Below, piece after piece: positions 27,463-36,200 of a stretch of 41,467 nucleotides of DNA. Numbering within the stretch: position 1 is the first letter of the stretch; every line of letters begins with the position of its first letter. The stretch covers positions 1-41,467 of the forward strand of contig JBGTGT010000035.1 of NCBI GenBank assembly GCA_041746575.1, in the 5' to 3' direction. The notes under the pieces are model-generated. The model had not been told where the DNA came from and made no database searches. It saw only the letters and a list, made by a program, of their open reading frames with translations. Origin of the DNA: Microcystaceae cyanobacterium. Its GTDB lineage: Bacteria > Cyanobacteriota > Cyanobacteriia > Cyanobacteriales > Microcystaceae. The position numbers and the translations under genes are program-made.

Positions 27463-28617
27463 ATGTCTCTTTATATACTCTCGCAACGAGGAATCTTTGA
27501 AGGCTCTGCTTTTGGATTTCTCTATGAGTTAGAAAATCTGCTGGTTCGGACTTGTGATGCTCATCTTCTCATTCCCAGAGGAAATGCCTTAACCCAATGG
27601 TTACATCAGCAACAAGTCTCTCGCACACTGACTAAAAAGGTGATGCAAAATACAGTCGGTTTATACGACTCTCTTAAGATTACCTTAGCGCATGACAAAA
27701 GTCCAAACGTGTTGCTAGTCTTTTGTCTCAATCCTCCCCAATTAAATATGCTAACCGCTATTCCCGATTGGCGTAAGCAATTTGATATCGTGGCGGCTTA
27801 TGTGGTGGATGCGTGGGATTTGCAGACCTATCCTGCTCAAGTCTATGATCTCGATCATCTTTTTGTGCCGGTAGTCGAATCGGTGGCTGAATTAAACCAA
27901 GTGTTCCAAGTCCCTGTTTCCCTCTTGCCGTTTGGCGCAGATGTAGTGACTTATGGGTCGAATACCCAAGATCGACCGATAGATATCATGAGTTTTGGCA
28001 GAAATCCCGTTGAATTTCATCGTCAATTGTCTCAAACTTTAAATCATCCCGATAGTAATCGGGTTTATTATCGTCATCCCGGTTTAGAGGGAAATTGGTT
28101 ACCCCGAAGTTCCTGTTATGAAGGCAGACCTGATCACGAATTACGTATGCTATTCCATAGAATGATTCAACGATCTAAAATCGTACTCGCTTTTGACCCT
28201 TTATACCAAACTGACCAAATTTACGAATCCCAAAAGGTCAATTCAAGGCCATGGAAATTTAGCCATTCTGTTCTTTCTCTCCGTTGGTTTGAAGGATGTG
28301 CGGCCGGATCTGTTATCTTAGGTAAACGTCCTACCACCTCTCTATTTGACCAGTTAATGGGTTGGGAAGATTCAGCGATTGAATTACCCAATAATGAACG
28401 AGAATGGCTGTCTTTTACCCTAGACTTATTGGCAGATACCACTCGTCTTAAGGCTATCCACCAACGAAACTATCAAGAAAGTTTGGCGCATCACGATTGG
28501 CGATATCGCATGAGAGATGTTTTCAATGTCTTAAATTTGGATATTCCCGCCGGATTGGCTAATGAATTAAGTCAAATTATTCGTTTGTTGCCAGAAACAG
28601 CCGTTAATCCACCCTAA
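27463..28617 (+). CDS. GT-B glycosyltransferase (Glyco_trans_1_2-like)
   Basis: LPFGADV, RPIDI..FGR, LRWFEGCAAGSVILG, HHDWRYR motifs. Confidence 0.75.
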   Translation: MSLYILSQRGIFEGSAFGFLYELENLLVRTCDAHLLIPRGNALTQWLHQQQVSRTLTKKVMQNTVGLYDSLKITLAHDKSPNVLLVFCLNPPQLNMLTAIPDWRKQFDIVAAYVVDAWDLQTYPAQVYDLDHLFVPVVESVAELNQVFQVPVSLLPFGADVVTYGSNTQDRPIDIMSFGRNPVEFHRQLSQTLNHPDSNRVYYRHPGLEGNWLPRSSCYEGRPDHELRMLFHRMIQRSKIVLAFDPLYQTDQIYESQKVNSRPWKFSHSVLSLRWFEGCAAGSVILGKRPTTSLFDQLMGWEDSAIELPNNEREWLSFTLDLLADTTRLKAIHQRNYQESLAHHDWRYRMRDVFNVLNLDIPAGLANELSQIIRLLPETAVNPP

Positions 28618-28620
28618 ACG

Positions 28621-30531
28621 CTAGGATTCATCCCTTTCAGCTAAGCCTAACCAACGTTCTGTTGCACTGTTAATTTCCCTATCTAAATCTGCCAGTTGTT
28701 GCGTCAGTTGATATAAAATTTCATAATCTGTTGGCGGATTTTCAGCAAGAGTCTGCTCTATTTCTGCTTTTTTCGCTTCAAGTTTAGAAATATTTTTTTC
28801 CAAGGTTTCATACTCTTTTTTCTCTTTAAAAGAAAGCTTTTTCGGCTTGGATTCCGTTTGACTCTTGGGTTTGTCCGATTTTGGACGAGTCGGTTTATCG
28901 GCTACTGCTTCGGTTTCTTTCTCTTGCGCTTGTTTATAATCTAAATAAAGGGAATAATTGCCGGGATAGGATTGAATATGTCCCCCTTCTTCTAAAGCAA
29001 AAATGGTGTCAACGGTACGGTCTAAAAAATAACGATCATGGGAAACCACGATAACACAACCATTAAAATCTTCTAAGTATTCCTCTAAAATTCCCAAGGT
29101 TTGCACGTCTAAATCGTTGGTGGGTTCATCTAAGATTAAGACATTGGGCGCACTGATTAAGACTCGTAAAAGAAATAACCGTCGTCTTTCGCCGCCTGAG
29201 AGTTTATGGATCGGAGAATACTGTTGATTCGGTGCAAACAAAAAACGCTCTAACATCTGAGAGGCGGTAATTAAGCTTCCATCTACCGTTTTGACCAATT
29301 CTGCCACATCTTTAAGATAATCGATCACTCTTTGGTTTTCATTGAGATTTAAATCCTCGGAATGTTGGTCAAAATACCCGATATGGATGGTAATACCGAT
29401 TTCCACTGTCCCCTGATCGGGGGGAACTCGTCCTGTGATAATATCCATTAAAGTGGATTTTCCTGCCCCATTTGCCCCAATAATACCAATTCTGTCGTCT
29501 GGCTGAAAAATATAGCTGAAATCCTTAATCAGCGTTCTCTCTGCATAGGATTTACAGATATCCGTTAATTCGATCACCTTTTTGCCAATGCGACGACTGG
29601 CGGTGGTAATCTCCACTTTTCCCGTTTGCGATCGCACTTCTTCGCTTTGCATCGCCTTAATACGGTCAATTCTGGCTTTTTGTTTGGTACTGCGGGCTTT
29701 AGGTCCTTGTTTTAGCCACTCTAATTCTCTTCTGAGTCTTCCCTTTTGTTTGTGCTGACTACTCAGTTCTGAGTCTTCTGCTTCGGTCTTTTTTTGCAAA
29801 AAATAAGCGTAATTGCCAGAATAATTAGATATTCCTGCCCTATCTATTTCGATAATACGATTCGTCACTTGATCAAGAAAATAACGGTCGTGCGTTACCA
29901 GTAGTAATGCGCCTTGATAGCGTTTAAGATAACTTTGCAACCATTCTACCGACAAAGCATCTAAATGGTTAGTGGGTTCATCCATTAATAATACATCAGG
30001 TTCTGATAACAAGACAGAGGCTAAGGCCACTCGTTTGCGATATCCCCCCGATAAATCGGCAATTTTTTGAGAAAAGTTAGTAATACCCAGTTTGGTTAGG
30101 ATAATTTTGGCGTTTGTCTCTAATTCCCATCCTTTCACTTGCTCAATCTGTTGTGTAAGCTGGGATAGGCGAGATAACTGTTGGTCGCTTTCAGCCGCCT
30201 CTTGGGTAAGTTGGTGGGATAGTTCTTCATATTCCTGTAATAAGGTCATTATTTCATGACTATCAGAAAAAACCTGTTCGATGACGCTTAATTCTTCATT
30301 TAATTGCGGTTGTTGTGGCAAATAGATGATTTTAGCGGCAGAATTGACCCAAATTTCCCCTTCATCAATCGGTTCGACTCCAGTGATCATTTGGAGAAGG
30401 GTGGATTTGCCGGAGCCGTTTGTGCCAATCAAGCCAACCTTATCGCCTTCATCGAGACTAAAACTAGCCTCTTTGAGGATTTCTTTAATGCCAAAGTCTT
30501 TCTTAACGGATTTTAAGGTAAATAAAGTCAA
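28621..30531 (-). CDS. ABC-F family ATPase (Uup-like), TTG start
   Basis: Two ABC domains (GTNGSGKST / LSGG / DEPTNHLD and GANGAGKST / LSGGE / DEPTNDLD), PKARSTK linker, C-terminal KLSFKE coiled coil, no TMs. Confidence 0.93.
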   Translation of the reverse strand: MTLFTLKSVKKDFGIKEILKEASFSLDEGDKVGLIGTNGSGKSTLLQMITGVEPIDEGEIWVNSAAKIIYLPQQPQLNEELSVIEQVFSDSHEIMTLLQEYEELSHQLTQEAAESDQQLSRLSQLTQQIEQVKGWELETNAKIILTKLGITNFSQKIADLSGGYRKRVALASVLLSEPDVLLMDEPTNHLDALSVEWLQSYLKRYQGALLLVTHDRYFLDQVTNRIIEIDRAGISNYSGNYAYFLQKKTEAEDSELSSQHKQKGRLRRELEWLKQGPKARSTKQKARIDRIKAMQSEEVRSQTGKVEITTASRRIGKKVIELTDICKSYAERTLIKDFSYIFQPDDRIGIIGANGAGKSTLMDIITGRVPPDQGTVEIGITIHIGYFDQHSEDLNLNENQRVIDYLKDVAELVKTVDGSLITASQMLERFLFAPNQQYSPIHKLSGGERRRLFLLRVLISAPNVLILDEPTNDLDVQTLGILEEYLEDFNGCVIVVSHDRYFLDRTVDTIFALEEGGHIQSYPGNYSLYLDYKQAQEKETEAVADKPTRPKSDKPKSQTESKPKKLSFKEKKEYETLEKNISKLEAKKAEIEQTLAENPPTDYEILYQLTQQLADLDREINSATERWLGLAERDES

Positions 30532-30621
30532 AGCGATTGTAGATGTTTAAGTGTTAAAAGGTTCTCTTCTTGAAACAAGAGACTAAGACTGATCAATCGG
30601 GAAAAAAGGCAACATTTATCT

Positions 30622-31356
30622 TTATTCTTCTACATTGTTAACTTCCTTATTTTCTGTTTGATTTTCTAAGTCTTGTTCGGATTCTTCAAGTTTAAGAGTA
30701 TTATCTTGCTCAATTGCCTCTATTTCAGCCGAGGGAGCTTTATTTTCCCATGAAATAGACTTAATATCTTTGGGTTGATAGGCTTCAATAATGGTTTCTG
30801 CGTCTTCATCAGCGATAAAGGCTTCAAATTCAAGGTCTTCACTCTCTTTTATTTCATTTTCTGTAATGCTTTGCTCAATTTCCTTATTTTGTGCTGTTTC
30901 AACAGATTCTGGAGCTAAAATTTCAGCTTTCTTTGCTTCTACTGTCGGTGCCTTAACGATAGGGGGAATCGGGGATTCTACAGCAGGCTCAGAAGAGGGT
31001 GCAGATTTTGCGGAAGAAGAAGTAACTGGCTTTTTAGATCCCGAAACGCGATTTTGTAGCCAACTGACTGCAGAAAACTGATCTAAGTTTGTTTTCTCAT
31101 TAGGATGAGCGATCGCTCGACGTAAGCGCACGGTTTGCCAACCAAACATCAAAACCAAAGTCACCGCCGCACCTTGCCCTAAAAGAACGCTTCCCGTGAT
31201 GTGCCCGGCACATATCCAGAGAATAAGGGCGTAAAATAAGCCGACACCACTCCAAAGGAAGTCATCTTTACGATGGATTTCGGGGATAAAAAAGGCGGAT
31301 AGGTAAAGAGATAGACTCGCAACGGCAAGGGCGATCGCTAAAAAGTAAGGCAACAT
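30622..31356 (-). CDS. ycf66: Ycf66 family protein
   Basis: LYLSAFFIPEIHRKDDFLWSGVGLFYALILW...LLGQ...WQTVRLRR, followed by an acidic low-complexity tail. Confidence 0.85.
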   Translation of the reverse strand: MLPYFLAIALAVASLSLYLSAFFIPEIHRKDDFLWSGVGLFYALILWICAGHITGSVLLGQGAAVTLVLMFGWQTVRLRRAIAHPNEKTNLDQFSAVSWLQNRVSGSKKPVTSSSAKSAPSSEPAVESPIPPIVKAPTVEAKKAEILAPESVETAQNKEIEQSITENEIKESEDLEFEAFIADEDAETIIEAYQPKDIKSISWENKAPSAEIEAIEQDNTLKLEESEQDLENQTENKEVNNVEE

Positions 31357-31382
31357 TCTGGGATCTCCTAGGTATTCCTTTT

Positions 31383-33245
31383 CTATTGTGAATCAAGTTG
31401 CTCATTCTGGCTGACTTTTTTCTGGAACGCTGTTCTTTGAAACGTTTCTAGTTGGCTTCTTTGGAAAAATTGGCAATTTTGGCAAATCAAGTCAAAAGCG
31501 GCTTCTTTACTTAAAGGACGAGCAAAAAAGTATCCTTGTCCTAATTTGCATCCTAATGATTGTAATTGCTGTTTCTGTTTTTCCGTTTCAATGCCCTCTG
31601 CGACGAGATCCATCTTCAATGTTTGTGCTAAAGTGATGATGGCCTTGACAATTTCCCAATTGCCTTCGCTGTCATCGATTTGTTGGACAAAAGAACGGTC
31701 AATTTTCAGCGTATCAACGGGAAAACGATGAAGGTAGCTCAACGAAGAGTATCCTGTCCCAAAATCATCAATAGATATCTGAATACTTCGCTTTCTCAGT
31801 TCTTGCAGAATATAGGTTGCTGATTGAGCATTATCCATGATGGCACTTTCCGTAATTTCTAGCTTTAAATATTGACTATCTAAACCTGTTTTACTAAGAA
31901 TTTGGTCAATATCGTCGATAAAATTGGGTTGAGAAAATTGAGAAACAGAAAGATTAACGCTGATCGTTAGATTTCTCTCAAAATTTGGATTGATTGAGGC
32001 AATTTGCTTTTTCCAAGCGCACAACTGCAAGCAGGCTTCTTCTAGCACCCATAATCCTAAAGGCAAAATTAATCCCGTCTCTTCTGCCGAGGGAATAAAT
32101 TCAGCAGGGGAAACCCGGCCTCGCTTGGGATGATCCCAACGAACTAATGCTTCAAATGAAACTAATTCTCCTGATTTTAGAGCAATAATGGGCTGATATT
32201 CCAGTAAAAATTCCTGTTGTTTCATGGCACGGCGTAAATCCATATCCAGTTGCATTGTTTGCTGAATATGGAGGTGCATTTGGGGTGTAAATATTTCAGA
32301 TCGTGCTTTTCCACCCAATTTTGCCCGATAAAGGGCAATATCTGCATCTCTTAATAGATGTTCTGGTTGTTTGTACTGATGATCGCCCCAGACAATCCCA
32401 ATACTGACACTCAGAAAAATTTCATGTTCTTGTAAAATAAAAGGCAATGTTAAAGCCGTATGAATGGTTTTTGCCAGATTAATAACGGTTTCAGTGTGGG
32501 AAACTTCAGAAACTAAAATGGTAAATTCATCCCCTCCGAAACGAGCAATTAAGTCGTCTTCCCTAAGACAATTCGCAATTCGTTGAGAAACTAAAATTAA
32601 TAATTTATCTCCGACTAAATGCCCTAAAGAATCATTAACCATTTTGAAGCGATCGCAGTCTAAAAACATCACTGCAAAGTGGTAATTAGAATTTGTTTGG
32701 GTCTGAGCTAAGGCGTTGCTCAATTCTCTCATAAATAGGGTACGATTCGGCAAGTCAATTAACGAGTCATGTAAGGCCATATATTCCAGTTCAATGGTAC
32801 GTTCTTTGACCCGTTCTTCTAAATGATGATTGAGGGTTTGCAGTTCTTTTTGTAATTGCCGTAAATTGAGTTGATTTTCAATACGAACTAAGACTTCTTC
32901 TATCTGAAATGGTTTACAAATATAATCTACTCCCCCCACTTTAAAGGCTTTTACTTTATCCAACACTTCATCTAAAGCACTTAAAAAGATAACAGGAATA
33001 TCTTTGGTACGAGGGGAAGACTTTAGCTGTTGACAAACAGCATAACCATCCATTTCCGGCATTTTAATATCCAATAAAATCAAATCGGGCAAACAATTTT
33101 CTACTCCCATTAAAGCAATTTTGCCACTGATGGCTTTCCGTACTTTGTATCCTTGACGCGTCAGAATGATCGCCAGAAGATTTAAGTTTTCTAACGTGTC
33201 ATCTACAATTAAAATCTGTGCGTTTTTCCCAGATGAATGAGCCAT
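31383..33245 (-). CDS. Response regulator REC-GGDEF-EAL (diguanylate cyclase/phosphodiesterase)
   Basis: ILIVDD..LILLDIKMP..KPF; REDD I-site, ARFGGDEF; FEALVRW, DDFGTGYSSL, AEGIE, QGY. Confidence 0.95.
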   Translation of the reverse strand: MAHSSGKNAQILIVDDTLENLNLLAIILTRQGYKVRKAISGKIALMGVENCLPDLILLDIKMPEMDGYAVCQQLKSSPRTKDIPVIFLSALDEVLDKVKAFKVGGVDYICKPFQIEEVLVRIENQLNLRQLQKELQTLNHHLEERVKERTIELEYMALHDSLIDLPNRTLFMRELSNALAQTQTNSNYHFAVMFLDCDRFKMVNDSLGHLVGDKLLILVSQRIANCLREDDLIARFGGDEFTILVSEVSHTETVINLAKTIHTALTLPFILQEHEIFLSVSIGIVWGDHQYKQPEHLLRDADIALYRAKLGGKARSEIFTPQMHLHIQQTMQLDMDLRRAMKQQEFLLEYQPIIALKSGELVSFEALVRWDHPKRGRVSPAEFIPSAEETGLILPLGLWVLEEACLQLCAWKKQIASINPNFERNLTISVNLSVSQFSQPNFIDDIDQILSKTGLDSQYLKLEITESAIMDNAQSATYILQELRKRSIQISIDDFGTGYSSLSYLHRFPVDTLKIDRSFVQQIDDSEGNWEIVKAIITLAQTLKMDLVAEGIETEKQKQQLQSLGCKLGQGYFFARPLSKEAAFDLICQNCQFFQRSQLETFQRTAFQKKVSQNEQLDSQ

Positions 33246-33260
33246 TATCGTTAAGATTTA

Positions 33261-36200
33261 TCACTTAATTAATTCAATTAATTGATCAAAGCGCAATTTT
33301 TGACTGAGCGATCGCAAACCGTTGATGAGATGGATTTCTTGAGGAGGAATTGCCTCGATGAGTTGTAAAATAGCATCTTCGTCCAGTTCACAGGCGGCTC
33401 GATGGAGTTTTCTTAACCAAGAGCGAGGCATTTGCTGAAAGTCGGCGGCTGTTAGATCAGAAATTATGGGCTTCAGGACTTCTTGATGGAGGTTAGTCAA
33501 CGTATCTGAACGATAAATATACTTAACTCCCAGATAGTGCGCCATTGTGTTATAAATCAGGGGAATCTGCAACGGTTTGCGAATGACCTCATTACAACCG
33601 GCCGCTAAAATCCGATTTCGTTCTTCCTCAAAGGCACTCGCTGTTAAAGCGACGATAATGGTCTTTTTGCCTTGAGCATAAGAGCGAATTTGCCGTGTAG
33701 CCGTATAACCATCCATCACAGGCATCGAAATATCCATCCAGATCAAATGAGGCTGCCATTCTTGCCAAGTCCGAACCGCTTCTTCCCCATTTTCGACGGC
33801 TTTGACCGTAAAATCAACACGGCTCAGGACTTCCACCAATAAACGACGATTTTCTGCGTTGTCTTCCACCACTAGAATGCGATAGGTGGGTTGATGGGAG
33901 GCAAGACCAACGACTCGCTTAATGGGCTGAGGTGAACACTCTAAGCAAACAGTCATGAGCTTAACTGGGATATTAAACTTAAAACGCACTCCTTGCTGCA
34001 AATTTATGTCAATAGGGGAGGTAAATAGCAATTCTCCCCCCATCAGTTGCACAAATTTTTGACTAATAGGTAATCCTAACCCTGTGCCTTGTTGCATTTG
34101 ACGACCAATTTCCGTTTGCCCAAATGGATCAAACAACATTTCTGCTTCATGGGGATTGATGCCTGGACCGGTATCTTCTACTGAGAATACAAGGAAGCGT
34201 ATGTTTAACGCACTTATCTCGTCTCCTAAGGCAACTGTTAAGGTAATTTTTCCTGTTTCGGTAAATTTAATGGCATTGCTCAGTAAATTAATTAAAACCT
34301 GCCGCAGTTTACTTTCGTCAGTGGTAATACATTGTGGTAACCCATTGGGACAATTAAAAATCAAATCCAACCCTTTGCTGGCGGCTTTGAGGGCAAACAT
34401 TTCTTTTAGGGTATAAAGTAAATGATACAGGTCAAAAGCAGTTTCTTTTAAAGCCACACGCCCTGCTTCAATCTTAGACATTTCTAAAATATCGTTAATT
34501 AATCCCAGTAAATGCTCTCCAGAGTTATTAATAATCTGTAAATAGTCTTGTTGCGTTTCAGTCAGATCTTCATTATTCATTAAAATTTGAGCAAAACCCA
34601 GAATCGCATTGAGCGGTGTGCGTAATTCGTGGCTCATTTTTGCTAAAAACTCACTTTTAGCCTGATTTGCACTATCAGCCGCTTCTTTAGCCTGACGCAT
34701 TTGGCTCTCTGCTTGAATGGCGGCGATTAATTCTTGGGATTTTTGCTGAATTTGCAGAACGTACTCCGCTTGCTGGAGTGCAATGCCTAATTGATCTCCT
34801 AATCGTACTATTGCGTCGATTTCCCACTGTTCCCACTGGCGAGGTTGCTCAATCTCATAGGCCGCTAGCAATCCCCACAATTCCCCTCCTTGAATGACCG
34901 GAGAAATTAAATAAGCTCTAACGCAATATTGTTCTAAAACCTGAAGATAACAAGGAGAAAATCCCATTTCATAGATATCGTGCGCCATAAAATAGGCTTT
35001 TTGTCTAATTTTCTGCCCTTTTTTTGTATTGAGGTAGGGATCATCAAAATTTTGTTGGCTTAAATGCTGGGAACTGCCGACTTGGATATTGAGCTTTTTT
35101 AGATGACATTCACTGATATTATTACTAAAGGAAGGATAGTTTTTTTGGGCTTTAACAAGAGAATTAAGCTCTTTTTTGCGAGATTCTGCCAAAAATTGCC
35201 CTGTCCAATCGCTATTAAATTGATAGACCACTACTCGATCTACATTGAGCAAATTTCTGGCTTCACGGGTTGCTGTATCAAAGATCGTCCTGACGTCCAA
35301 TACTTCTCGGATTTTGTCCACAACAGTATCTACTGCTTTTGCTGTCTTCGACTGTTGCTTTAATTGACGACGAATCTCCGCTTCAACTGAGGCTGATGTT
35401 TTGAGTAACGCTTGGGACGTTTCTTTAATTTTCTCCAATAATTCACCTTGTTGAATAGCTATGCCTAGTTGTGTGGCAATTTGGCTAATAATTTGTAATT
35501 CTTCTTCTTCCCACTGCCGCACACCTCTAATTTCATAGGCAGATAGTAGTCCCCATTGGGTTTCCCCCACGAAAACAGGCGTCATCAAATACGCTCTTGC
35601 TGGAAATTGTTCTAGTCTGCTTAAATAACGGGGTTGACGAGGGGATGTATAAATATCCGCTACGCTATAGGTTTGATGATCTCGACAGAGATCACCTAAG
35701 AATTCTAGCGAATGGACGTCGTAAATGGGGTCAATCGCTTTATTTAGCCCGACACTCCCTTCTTCATCCTTAGATTCGGCAATCGATAAGCCCCTCCCCT
35801 CAGGGTTGAAGCGGTAAATGACCACGCAATTGCAGTGCAGTAATTGACGAAGCTCTTGGGTTGTTATCTTAAAAATATAGGATAAATCAAGGGTTCTGCG
35901 AATATTGTCGATAATTTTAGCGGTCTGATTCTGGCGGATGAGGTATTTCTGCAAATTTTCTTCAATCTGTTTTTGCTCGTGAATATCCTCAATCACGCCA
36001 ATAAAATAAGGATTATTGCGTAAGTCTGAAGCAAGAGAAACCGCCATATTCACCCAACGAATTGAACCATCGGGTTTGATTAATCGTTTTTCTTGAGAAA
36101 ATGTTTTGATTTTTCCGGTAAAAAGGTCGCTTAGCTTTTCTTCTTCTTTTCTACGATCCTCAGGATAAGTCATCTCCCAAATATTTTGGCTTAGTAATTC

